Counted from the first letter of the stretch, positions 9,401 to 18,275 are shown. The stretch: 39,493 nucleotides of DNA from Pseudomonadota bacterium (GCA_038526925.1 JBCBGJ010000001.1:1-39493); one strand, 5' to 3'. Notes: generated by a model from the sequence alone, not told the origin. Translations and numbers: made by a program.

Positions 9401-10061
9401 CGGCTTTCACCCTGTTCAACACCGCACCGAGAACACGGCCTTGCCGTGCCTCAAGCTCAGATCTTGCATCATCAACTTCAGACGGTGTTGTGTGATCGGC
9501 TGCAACGACTAAGGCAATTCCATCCATCACGCTGGCCATCGTTAGCGCCGCTGAAGATTGAGACAGTGCCGGTGCATCAACGATCACCCAGCCTGCAATT
9601 TGCCGCAGCGCTTTCCACCAGTCCGGCGAGTTTTGAAGACTAACCGTTTGACCAGAGCTTAATCGCTCACCGCGAAACCGGCTCACCAAAAGCGATAATC
9701 CCTCAATTTCATTAACCGTCAGAAGCTTGTCGAAGCGGCCATCGGCGGCTTTTGGACTGATATCAAAGATGGGGGTTTGCTTTAGAGACGCATCAAAAGC
9801 GCGTCCTGGTTTTCCGACATCGCGAGCAAAGCCTTTTTTGAAAGCCGTGAACTGAGGATTCCCGCGGAAATCTAAATCAACCAACCAAACCGGTTTTTCT
9901 GACCGCCGCGCAGCGAGACACGCGAAACTCGCGGCCATACTTGATACCCCTTCCCCGCCAAGGGCAGACGTGAACATCATAATTCGGGCGCCGTCTGATG
10001 CACCGCCAAGGCGCATGGCAGATCGCCAAATCGGATCAAGGTCTTCACGGAGGTCACGCAT
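9369..10061 (-). CDS. hfsB: BY-kinase-like P-loop protein (degenerate Walker A)
   Basis: FTSALGGEGVSS, LVDLD, IVDAP, VLGAVLN; lies between hfsA and hfsC. Confidence 0.85.
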   Translation of the reverse strand: MRDLREDLDPIWRSAMRLGGASDGARIMMFTSALGGEGVSSMAASFACLAARRSEKPVWLVDLDFRGNPQFTAFKKGFARDVGKPGRAFDASLKQTPIFDISPKAADGRFDKLLTVNEIEGLSLLVSRFRGERLSSGQTVSLQNSPDWWKALRQIAGWVIVDAPALSQSSAALTMASVMDGIALVVAADHTTPSEVDDARSELEARQGRVLGAVLNRVKADARFADRFSA

Positions 10062-10105
10062 ACGGAGCTCAGGTTTGTAACGTCAACCGTTTGAATATCA
10101 CGATC

Positions 10106-10113
10106 ATGGTTAA
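10106..10113 (-). promoter_or_regulatory. CtrA-type half site TTAACCAT upstream of hfsB
   Basis: Exact TTAACCAT on - strand in the hfsA-hfsB intergenic gap. Confidence 0.4.
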
Positions 10114-10135
10114 CGACATTCTTCCGAGGTCACAC

Positions 10136-11647
10136 TCAGGCGCGACTGACCGATCCAAGCACGGGAATGCCGAGCGTCTGTTGCAGCGATCCGGCTGTCG
10201 AGAAGCCGCGACGCGTAAACGCGCGAATGAGGCCAATAAGGAGGGCCGTAAAACCCGCGAATAAGAGCGATAGGATCGCGACCGGCAATTTCAGACTGCT
10301 ACCTTTGATTGGAATGGTGGCTGGCTCAGTCACTTTAACGCTGTCTGCTTCGAGCGCGGTAAGGCCTGCCACTGTTCCCTCTTGCTGTTCGCGTTCAGCG
10401 ACGTTGCGAACGCTAGTTTCAATCAAGTCGCGGTTTCGCAGCAACTCATTCCATTCTGGCTCAAGCGCAGTGAAACGGTTCAACTTGTCCTGAACTGCGA
10501 TGAGCTGCCGCTGGAGCTCAGCGCGCTGACTGTCGAGCGACTCGACCTCTGCTTCAACCGAATTCAGTGAGCTTTCCAGGGTCTGGTAAGTCGGGTTAGG
10601 CCCGCGGCGCACGGTCCCAACGGGAGAGCTTTGGGCCTCCAGAAAGCCCCGCAACTCTGCGATTTGACGATCGATAGCCTGAACACGGCGGCTATCTGGC
10701 GTGTAGTTCACCAAGGCCTGATTACGCTCGATCTCAAGCTCGCGGAGGCGTTGGGCACTTGAATCTTCAACATATAGATCAAGCTCCGGATCCGTTGTTT
10801 CGAGCTGGGTCCGCGTGCGCGCTAATTGCCCTTGCGCCGCACTTCGCCGTGATTGCACGTTCAACAATTCGTTCGAAATGACTGAGAATAGAGTTTGGGC
10901 GGTTGAGCGTTCGCTCGCGAAATCACCAATGCCGTTTTCACGAAGAAACTCAGAGATGGCTGCTTCAGCGTTTAACAAGTCACCCTCAACGCGTTTCCGC
11001 TGAGCACGCAATTGATCGACCGGACGACTCCCGAACAGTTCAGCCCGTCGCTGAAGGTAGCTCGCCATCGCAGCATTGAGTATTTCGGCTGCGGCGCGCG
11101 GGTCCTCATGCTCAAACCCAACGGCGATGATGTTTGAATTCGGCGTTGCATCCGCCCAAAACCCGTCTTGCAGGGCTTCAACGCCCTTTTGGAAAAACTC
11201 GAACTCGATAGCCTCGGCTTCCGCGGCACTGCCTTGAGCGAGCGCTTTGTCGCGCGCTTCGGCAAGCTTTGGATAGATCCGGTCTAAGGGAAACCGTGAA
11301 AGTGTCCGCTCGGCCACCAATTGGGTTTGCAGAATTTGCAACTCGCCCTGGATGACCTCTTGGATACCTGGGCCTGGATCGAAGCTTTGATCGCTCAAAA
11401 TGGAGCTGGTGCGAACCTCGTCACCAGAGGTCACATAGAGGGAAGAGCGGGACTCATAGGTCTTCGGCATTTGAAATGCGAGGAACAAGCCGAGTGCAAA
11501 AATGGGCAAGCCAACGAGGATCATCAGCCATTTCGCGCGCCAGAGTTGCAGAAAGAGGTCAGCGATACCCAACCGCGGGCGGGAAGGCACCACAGCTGCA
11601 TCTGCCGGGAAGACACCGGTCGGTCCCCAGTCTGAGATGTCGCTCAT
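10136..11647 (-). CDS. hfsA: Polysaccharide co-polymerase / chain-length determinant (Wzz/GumC type)
   Basis: N-terminal TM with P.TYES, long coiled-coil periplasmic region, C-terminal TM and LGIPVLGSV; ATG 11647 with GGAG SD. Confidence 0.88.
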   Translation of the reverse strand: MSDISDWGPTGVFPADAAVVPSRPRLGIADLFLQLWRAKWLMILVGLPIFALGLFLAFQMPKTYESRSSLYVTSGDEVRTSSILSDQSFDPGPGIQEVIQGELQILQTQLVAERTLSRFPLDRIYPKLAEARDKALAQGSAAEAEAIEFEFFQKGVEALQDGFWADATPNSNIIAVGFEHEDPRAAAEILNAAMASYLQRRAELFGSRPVDQLRAQRKRVEGDLLNAEAAISEFLRENGIGDFASERSTAQTLFSVISNELLNVQSRRSAAQGQLARTRTQLETTDPELDLYVEDSSAQRLRELEIERNQALVNYTPDSRRVQAIDRQIAELRGFLEAQSSPVGTVRRGPNPTYQTLESSLNSVEAEVESLDSQRAELQRQLIAVQDKLNRFTALEPEWNELLRNRDLIETSVRNVAEREQQEGTVAGLTALEADSVKVTEPATIPIKGSSLKLPVAILSLLFAGFTALLIGLIRAFTRRGFSTAGSLQQTLGIPVLGSVSRA

Positions 11648-11677
11648 TGCGATCGGCTCCAAGCGTAGGTTCGAACA

Positions 11678-11716
11678 GATTCTTATTAACCGCTTGATAC
11701 TTCCTTAAACATTAAC
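11678..11716. promoter_or_regulatory. hfsA/hfsD divergent promoter with CtrA-like sites and a GANTC site
   Basis: TTAAC 11686, TTGA-N7-TTAA 11694-11708, TTAAC 11712, GATTC 11678. Confidence 0.5.
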
Positions 11717-11756
11717 GCCGAGGTTTTGATTACATTTTTAGGGCTCGAAGAGTGTC

Positions 11757-12458
11757 ATGAAACGCTGGCTTGGTCTGTCTCTTTTACCTTTCATTCTGTC
11801 GGCGTGTCAGACCAGTGCGCCGATCGAATCTGCTGTATTTCCGCAGAAAGAGTGGCGACACGAGGATGGCGCGGATGCCGTCTACTTGCTCGCGCCTGGC
11901 GACCAGTTGGAAGTGATCGTCCATACCGCGCCTGAGCTCAGCCGTACCGTAACCATTGGGCCAGATGGACTGTTCCGTATGCCCTACTCGCCGCCAATCC
12001 TCGCTTCGGCCCGAACCGTCGATGAAGTCCGCGTAAGGGTGCAGACGGCGATGGCGACCGAGTTGAATGATCCCGATGTAGACGTGTTACTCGCCGGGAC
12101 GGCGTCGCAACGTATTTTCGTCGGCGGCGACGTCGCGTCTCCGGGCATGTTCGATATGCCGGGCCAGATCGATCCGCTCCAAGCTATTATTATGGCGGGC
12201 GGCGTGAGCGACACCGGAAATGCTCGAACTGTTGTTTTAATGCGGCGTATGCCAGGCGGCGAGGTCAAGTCTGCTGTGTTTGACCTTAAAGCCGGTATAT
12301 ATGATCCAAGCCTCGCCGATTGGTCGCCATTGCGCCGCTTCGATGTGGTCTATGTCACGCGCAAAGCGATCTCCGATCAGAACCTGTTTGTACGTCAGTA
12401 CATCCGCGACGCTCTGCCGATCGATTTCTCTTTGTTCTACGATATCAGGGGCAATTGA
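11757..12458 (+). CDS. hfsD: Wza-family outer-membrane polysaccharide export lipoprotein
   Basis: Lipobox LSAC; YLLAPGDQL, GPDG..MP and SLBB motifs; divergent from hfsA. Confidence 0.9.
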   Translation: MKRWLGLSLLPFILSACQTSAPIESAVFPQKEWRHEDGADAVYLLAPGDQLEVIVHTAPELSRTVTIGPDGLFRMPYSPPILASARTVDEVRVRVQTAMATELNDPDVDVLLAGTASQRIFVGGDVASPGMFDMPGQIDPLQAIIMAGGVSDTGNARTVVLMRRMPGGEVKSAVFDLKAGIYDPSLADWSPLRRFDVVYVTRKAISDQNLFVRQYIRDALPIDFSLFYDIRGN

Positions 12459-12532
12459 CCGCTAATCGGGCCTTTTAACTGCCACACGAAGCGCTTATGC
12501 GGTTTGGAAACCGTTGATAGGAGCTTCTTGCT

Positions 12533-12997
12533 ATGGCTGATGCCGAAAACACAATCCTCATGGAAACCTCAAAGGGCAGCGTGACAATCGAACTGCGCCC
12601 GGACCTTGCCCCAGGCCATTGCGACCGAATTCGCGAACTCGCTCGGGAAGGCTTTTATGACGGCATCATCTTTCACCGCGTAATTGATGGCTTCATGGCG
12701 CAAGTTGGCTGCCCGAACGGCACCGGCATGGGCGGATCTGACAAGCCAAACCTGCAAGCTGAGTTTAACGCTGAGCCGCACGTTCGCGGGATCTGCTCTA
12801 TGGCCCGAACCAATCAGCCGCACAGCGCGAACAGTCAGTTCTTTATCTGCTTCGACGATGCTGGTTTCCTCGACAACCAGTATACCGTTTGGGGTCAGGT
12901 CACCGAAGGCATGGATGTCATTGATCAGCTCGCCAAAGGCGAACCTCCGCGCGACCCAGATTCCATTGTCTCTATGAAAGTCGCTGCAGACAGCTAA
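12533..12997 (+). CDS. Cyclophilin-type peptidyl-prolyl isomerase
   Basis: FYDGIIFHRVIDGFMAQ, SMAR, SANSQFFI, YTVWGQV. Confidence 0.95.
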   Translation: MADAENTILMETSKGSVTIELRPDLAPGHCDRIRELAREGFYDGIIFHRVIDGFMAQVGCPNGTGMGGSDKPNLQAEFNAEPHVRGICSMARTNQPHSANSQFFICFDDAGFLDNQYTVWGQVTEGMDVIDQLAKGEPPRDPDSIVSMKVAADS

Positions 12998-13026
12998 GGT
13001 TCAGGTTCGGGAGACGAGACTGGCAT

Positions 13027-14631
13027 ATGGCTGCGGCGCGAAATAGACGAAGTATTAGAGCCTGGGGCGGGCGTTTGCTCGGCTCCCGGATCGCACGTCT
13101 GATCTTTGCGTCGAATCTGGCTGGCCTGATTGTCCTGATCGTCGGTGCGATGGTCTTGAACGAGATGCGCGCCAGTTTCGTCGTGTCCAAGAAACAAGAT
13201 TTGGTGGGCCAGGCACAGCTCCTGGCCAACCTAATCGGTGACGAAGCCGCCTATGGTGAACCCCAGCCGATTCTGGATGACACGCTCGCCAAAGACGCGA
13301 TTGCATCACTGTCGCTGCCACAAACGATGCGTGGTAAAATCTACAGCACAGACGGCGTTTTGGTCGGAGACAGCTATTTCCTGTCTGACCGTGTGATTGT
13401 TGAGAACCTGCCGCCGCTGCAGGACCCTGACCGCCTGACGGTCTGGAGCAAGGGATTGTCCGAGTGGGCTGTTTCCGTGCTTGGCTCTTTCCGCCCGTCT
13501 GAAGGCGAAGACGCCGTGCGAACGCTGACATTTGAAGAAGAGTTCGCTGAAGCAATTATTGGCAACGAAGCCGCGAGCCAGCGCTTCAATGATCGTGGCC
13601 AGCGGATCATCTCGGTTTCCCTACCGATCCAGCACGTTTCGGCCGTTGTTGGCGTTCTCACCCTGGAATCGAACGATATTGACGCTATTATTCGCGCCGA
13701 ACGTACAGCGCTGGTGCCGTTCATTGCTGTCGCAATTCTGGTTGCGTTGATCACCTCCGCATTGCTCACAGTCGGGATCGCTAATCCGCTACGAAAACTG
13801 GCAAGTGAAGCAGACAAGATTCGCGGTGGCTCGAGCAACAAGCTCAATTTGGAGCGGATCTCGAAACGCCATGACGAGATTGGACACCTGGCGCAGTCTG
13901 TCGAGGCCATGACCGAAGCTCTATTCGAGCGGATCATCGCAAATGAAGCCTTTGCCGCTGACGTTGCACATGAGCTTAAGAACCCGCTCACCTCGATCCG
14001 CTCTGCTGTTGAAACGGCTGAAATGGTTCAGGATGATCCGGTCGCGCTGGAGAAATTGCGCAAAGTGATCGCGCAGGACGTACAGCGTCTCGACCGCTTG
14101 ATCACAGATATCTCGAATGCGTCCCGCCTCGAAGCTGAGTACACACGAATCCCGACCGAACGTTTGGACATTTCTCGCTTCGTTCGGGACATAATCCGCA
14201 CCTATGACGGGTTAGAGCATCAACGAGATGTCAAAGTGACCTTCAAAGATGCCACCATGGATGCAGGCCTGACGGTTCGCGGCCGCGAAGGACCTCTGGG
14301 CCAGGTCCTGCGTAACTTGATCGACAATGCCAGATCCTTTTCACCGGAAGGCGATACGGTCAGCGTTACACTTGAGCAAGGCCGCCAAGGCCCTCAAACC
14401 ACCGCCCGTATTCTTGTCCAAGACAATGGCCCCGGTATTCCGGCCGATAAGCTCGAGAAGATTTTCGAACGGTTCTATACAGATCGCCCGGCTGGAGCCG
14501 CATTTGGCAATAATTCCGGGCTCGGCCTGTCAATCGTGGCCCAAATCGTTTCCAGCCATAAAGGAACCGTTATCGCTGAAAACCGAACAGAGGGCGGCGC
14601 ACAGTTCACGGTAGAAATGCCCGCGGCTTAG
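13027..14631 (+). CDS. chvG: ChvG/ExoS-family sensor histidine kinase
   Basis: TM-periplasmic-TM-HAMP architecture; FAADVAHELKNPLTSIRSAVET, RLITDISNASRL, FERFYTDRP..AFGNNSGLGLSI. Confidence 0.88.
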   Translation: MAAARNRRSIRAWGGRLLGSRIARLIFASNLAGLIVLIVGAMVLNEMRASFVVSKKQDLVGQAQLLANLIGDEAAYGEPQPILDDTLAKDAIASLSLPQTMRGKIYSTDGVLVGDSYFLSDRVIVENLPPLQDPDRLTVWSKGLSEWAVSVLGSFRPSEGEDAVRTLTFEEEFAEAIIGNEAASQRFNDRGQRIISVSLPIQHVSAVVGVLTLESNDIDAIIRAERTALVPFIAVAILVALITSALLTVGIANPLRKLASEADKIRGGSSNKLNLERISKRHDEIGHLAQSVEAMTEALFERIIANEAFAADVAHELKNPLTSIRSAVETAEMVQDDPVALEKLRKVIAQDVQRLDRLITDISNASRLEAEYTRIPTERLDISRFVRDIIRTYDGLEHQRDVKVTFKDATMDAGLTVRGREGPLGQVLRNLIDNARSFSPEGDTVSVTLEQGRQGPQTTARILVQDNGPGIPADKLEKIFERFYTDRPAGAAFGNNSGLGLSIVAQIVSSHKGTVIAENRTEGGAQFTVEMPAA

Positions 14632-14809
14632 TGAATCCACAGTAAACCCCGAGAACTAAATGAGAATTGCGTCCGCCTATTGAGAATTAGGACTCTTTGT
14701 GATATACGATTTGTTCATAACACCATATCCGAGCCATGCTTAAGTCGGCATTTGACGAGAACTCTCGCCGGCAACGTGGCTCGTTTGCGTAGAAGAAGAG
14801 GTCCCCCAT

Positions 14810-15334
14810 ATGGCAACAGCAGATGCGGCAACGAAACTAGATTTCGAAGCAGGTCAGAAAATTGTGTACCCAGCTCACGGCGTTGGCACTGTCACCGCAA
14901 TTGAGCAACAGCAAGTCGCTGGCATGACCTTGGAAGTCTATGTTGTCTCGTTTGATCAGGACAAAATGATCCTGCGCGTGCCGACCAATCGTGCGATTGC
15001 GTCGGGTATGCGAGCACTTGCAGGCTCAAAACTGGTCGACGATGCCCTGAAAACACTTGGCGGCAAGGCGCGTATCAAACGCACCATGTGGTCCCGCCGG
15101 GCCCAAGAATATGAAGCCAAGATCAATTCTGGTGACCTGATCTCCATCGCTGAAGTCGTTCGCGACCTGCACCGTATGGAAGACCAACCAGAGCAGTCTT
15201 ATTCAGAGCGCCAACTCTATGAGAGCGCCCTGGACCGCATGGCGCGTGAGCTCGCTGCTGTAGAGAGCATCGATCACACAACCGCCATGGATCGCTTGGC
15301 TGAATCGCTGGCGAAGAAAAAGAAAGCCGCCTGA
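14810..15334 (+). CDS. carD: CarD/CdnL transcription factor
   Basis: VYPAHGVG, LRVPT, RTMWSRRAQEYEAKINSGD, SYSERQLYE. Confidence 0.95.
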   Translation: MATADAATKLDFEAGQKIVYPAHGVGTVTAIEQQQVAGMTLEVYVVSFDQDKMILRVPTNRAIASGMRALAGSKLVDDALKTLGGKARIKRTMWSRRAQEYEAKINSGDLISIAEVVRDLHRMEDQPEQSYSERQLYESALDRMARELAAVESIDHTTAMDRLAESLAKKKKAA

Positions 15335-15369
15335 AAGGGTGAGCCGGAAGACGGCGAAAAGACTTAAAC

Positions 15370-15401
15370 AAAAGCCCTGCAAAACTGGCGGGGCTTTTTT
15401 T
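15370..15401. terminator. Bidirectional intrinsic terminator (carD / SDR)
   Basis: AAAAGCCCTGC-loop-GCGGGGCTTTTTTT. Confidence 0.85.
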
Positions 15402-15421
15402 GTAGCACGAGGCTCTCACCT

Positions 15422-16369
15422 CTAAGTGCGGAGCACTTGATCCCAAGAGAAGTCGACGAGCGTTTCGCTTTGTTGCCAGAGATTTTTCGCGTCAGCTTCG
15501 TTCAGCGCTTTCTCGGACACGAGTGCATCACCCACAGGACCGCGACTCTCTCCCATTCCTGTTGGTCCATAGTAGGCCCCTGGAACGGCTTCTTTCCCGG
15601 CCGCGCACAGGACTGTAGGGATGGCGCCCTTTTCAGCGGGCTGCGCCATCAGCGCATTGGTAATCTTGTACATGCCTCTCCAAAAACCAGTCGGCCCTGT
15701 GCTTTGTAGTGACGTGTCTGAATAGCCGGGGTGGCAGGCATAACTTGTGACCTTGCTGTCGGAGGCCTTGAGTTTTCGATCCAGCTCCAACGCATAAAGC
15801 ATGTTCGCGAGCTTGCTCTGGCCGTACGCATAGGTTGGAGAATAGTTCTTCGTCATCATGAGATCGTCGAGATACATACGACCATACTTATGAGCGATAC
15901 TGCTCACCGTGACGATACGGCCAGAGGCTTCTTCAACGAGATCGAAAAGAAGCCCATTCAACAGGAAATGACCGAGATGATTGGTTCCGATCTGCATCTC
16001 AAAGCCATCTGCGGTCTTTTGAGCCGGGGTCTGCATAATTCCTGCATTGTTAATCAAAGCATCGAGTTTGGAGACTTTAGATCTTGTTTCTTCTGCAGCA
16101 GCACGAACCGATGAAAGATTTGCGAGATCCAAGGTAACTTGATCAATCTTGCCTTTCACTGTTGGCTTTAAAGCCGCAACGGCGCGCGCCGCTTTGTCTG
16201 GGTTTCGCGCAGCAATGATGAGATCGCCACCCGCACCCCCAAGATATTTTGCCGCCTCAAACCCAATGCCTGAATTGCCGCCGGTGATAAGAAATGTCTT
16301 TCCGCTAAGATCCGGCAGTCGGTCTGTTTTCCAGTTTCGAAATCCACTCTTTGTGATCTTCTTTGGCAT
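15422..16369 (-). CDS. Short-chain dehydrogenase/reductase (retinol-DH-like)
   Basis: TGGNSGIG, NNAG, NHLGHF, YGQSK; ATG 16369 with AAGGAG SD. Confidence 0.92.
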   Translation of the reverse strand: MPKKITKSGFRNWKTDRLPDLSGKTFLITGGNSGIGFEAAKYLGGAGGDLIIAARNPDKAARAVAALKPTVKGKIDQVTLDLANLSSVRAAAEETRSKVSKLDALINNAGIMQTPAQKTADGFEMQIGTNHLGHFLLNGLLFDLVEEASGRIVTVSSIAHKYGRMYLDDLMMTKNYSPTYAYGQSKLANMLYALELDRKLKASDSKVTSYACHPGYSDTSLQSTGPTGFWRGMYKITNALMAQPAEKGAIPTVLCAAGKEAVPGAYYGPTGMGESRGPVGDALVSEKALNEADAKNLWQQSETLVDFSWDQVLRT

Positions 16370-16392
16370 TTTCCACTCCTTGAACCCAGCCT

Positions 16393-16453
16393 TGTCAACA
16401 CTTGTTGACACCCCAGATAAGCATCACACGAAAATTGTCAACACCTGTTGACT
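16393..16453. promoter_or_regulatory. Two palindromic TetR operators GTCAACA-N2-TGTTGAC
   Basis: TGTCAACACTTGTTGACA (16393-16410) and TGTCAACACCTGTTGACT (16436-16453), between divergent SDR and TetR. Confidence 0.85.
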
Positions 16454-16484
16454 ATAAGGCTCGTTCAAGATGTAAGGTCGCGTG

Positions 16485-17027
16485 ATGGTTGAGATGAAAA
16501 CTCAGGACAAATTGCTGCTGCACGCGCGCCGCCAGTTTTGGGCGAAAGGCTATTCGAACGTTTCATTGCGCCAGATCGCCAGCGCAGCCGGCGTGGATGT
16601 CGCCCTTATTTCACGTCACTTTGGCGGGAAATTGGGTTTGTTTAAAGCGACATTAGAGGGCGCCTTTGATGTTTTCGAAACGCCGCCCGCCAATGAAACG
16701 GAATTGGTGGATACCTTTGTCCGCATCTTCGCCGAAACACCGCGCACAGGTTCTGAGCCGTCCGCGGTAACGATGCTTCTGACCAATTCGTATGATGAGG
16801 AGGTTGGAAGCCTGATCCGCGAACTATACGATCGGCAATTCCAGCAGTCTCTACGTGATCTATTGGACCCAGAGCGCGCCGCCCTTTTCGCCGCGGTTGT
16901 GTTTGGGTTTAGCGTGGTGGAGAAATCTCTTCGCGTCGATGGCATCGCCCCACCGTCGAGCGATAAATACAAATCACAGCTCAAATACTTGCTGGACGCG
17001 GCCAGAAACAAACCGCATCAAAGGTGA
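16485..17027 (+). CDS. TetR-family transcriptional regulator
   Basis: GYSNVSLRQIASAAGVDVALISRHFGGKLGLF HTH. Confidence 0.92.
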   Translation: MVEMKTQDKLLLHARRQFWAKGYSNVSLRQIASAAGVDVALISRHFGGKLGLFKATLEGAFDVFETPPANETELVDTFVRIFAETPRTGSEPSAVTMLLTNSYDEEVGSLIRELYDRQFQQSLRDLLDPERAALFAAVVFGFSVVEKSLRVDGIAPPSSDKYKSQLKYLLDAARNKPHQR

Positions 17028-17078
17028 CCCTCGGCAACAATGCGCTGTTAGAGGCAATTCAAATGCGGGAAATCTCCA

Positions 17079-18095
17079 TCAGTTTGGTACGATTGTTTGA
17101 ACCTCATAATTGGGAGTCTCGCCGAGAAGGTGATCGGAGATGAACTCAATCGTCACAGTCAGGGGGGTCTCCCCATTGATCTCGACGCGGTTCGGATTGA
17201 CACTGCTGAAGCCGTGCGGTCCCCCTTCGATCGTGTAGAAACTGTAGGGAAGTCCCACAGCGTCGGCTTCCGCAGCCAAGACCAAAGCGGTCTCTTCGTA
17301 GATTTGTGATTGATCGGCCGTGCCATGAATGATCATGAATGGCGGACCGTCCGCATCAACTAGTCCATCGAGCAGCAAGCGCCCCCAATAGTCTATGACG
17401 ACGAGCGGCTTGGGCCGATCGATAAAATAGTCATCCAATCCATGAGAAATGTGGAGGCCGGTTATAGCGCCGGCCGACGACCCCCAGATCGCAAATCGAT
17501 CAATATCCAGACACCTTGCGCTCGCATTATCACGCGCCCACGCCAAAGCCGCGGAAGAGTCTTCAAAAGCGGCAGCCGCGGCGTTGAGAACACTGCGTTG
17601 CGTGTCAGTTAGAGCCAAGCGATCAGCCTCATCCTGAAGATCATCAGCAATGGGTTGAAACTCCGCGGAAACGACCGGATTGTCGCCGACCAGCCGATAA
17701 TCAATCGATATACCAACAAAGCCCGCCGCGGCGACCGCTTCCATATTATCGACCCAGTTGGCACTGCTTTTTGATCCGCTTGTGAAACCGCCGCCATGAA
17801 TTCCGATGACGAATGGCCGGGGGTCGGTGCAGTCTCCCTCTGGCTGATAAATATCCAGAAGAAGGTTCACGGCGCCATTCTGGACGAGGCCACTTCCATA
17901 GATGATATCGGTCTCGCTCATCACATTCGCCGAACTGGCTGGCGGCGGTGTGGAGGGAGGTGCGACGGTGCTCGGTGCTGGTTGGGAAGTCTCTCCCCCA
18001 CCAGAACACGCCGAGACTGTACCGATCAGGAAGATCGCCGCGCAGGTTACGCCAGAGATCGTTGAATTCACTCGTTTCTCCAATACAAAATTCAT
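17079..18095 (-). CDS. Lipoprotein alpha/beta-hydrolase (esterase)
   Basis: Lipobox VSAC, Pro/Ser linker, HGGGF, GSSAG nucleophile, HGTAD, GPHG. Confidence 0.85.
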   Translation of the reverse strand: MNFVLEKRVNSTISGVTCAAIFLIGTVSACSGGGETSQPAPSTVAPPSTPPPASSANVMSETDIIYGSGLVQNGAVNLLLDIYQPEGDCTDPRPFVIGIHGGGFTSGSKSSANWVDNMEAVAAAGFVGISIDYRLVGDNPVVSAEFQPIADDLQDEADRLALTDTQRSVLNAAAAAFEDSSAALAWARDNASARCLDIDRFAIWGSSAGAITGLHISHGLDDYFIDRPKPLVVIDYWGRLLLDGLVDADGPPFMIIHGTADQSQIYEETALVLAAEADAVGLPYSFYTIEGGPHGFSSVNPNRVEINGETPLTVTIEFISDHLLGETPNYEVQTIVPN

Positions 18096-18209
18096 TGTTC
18101 ATAGGGTGAAACGTTTGATGAACCGGGGTCCGTCGAAAGATCCACAGCTGGCGGATTTTCGTCACTGAAAGTTTCTTTTAGCGCGCACAAAAATATTTCA
18201 AGATTTTTT

Positions 18210-18235
18210 TGATCCACTCGCGCAAAGGACTCGTA
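18210..18235 (+). promoter_or_regulatory. Candidate ECF11 (sigmaE/ChrR) promoter of rpoH2
   Basis: TGATCC-N16-CGTA ending 40 nt before the ATG. Confidence 0.65.
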
Positions 18236-18275
18236 AACCTCTATGAACACACCCTTAACGGGTTTGGGAGGTGAC

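Noticed and set aside
18243-18270. EcfG/SigT promoter (GGAAC...CGTT) before rpoH2
   Set aside because: Only TGAAC with wrong spacing; the ECF11-type match is much better
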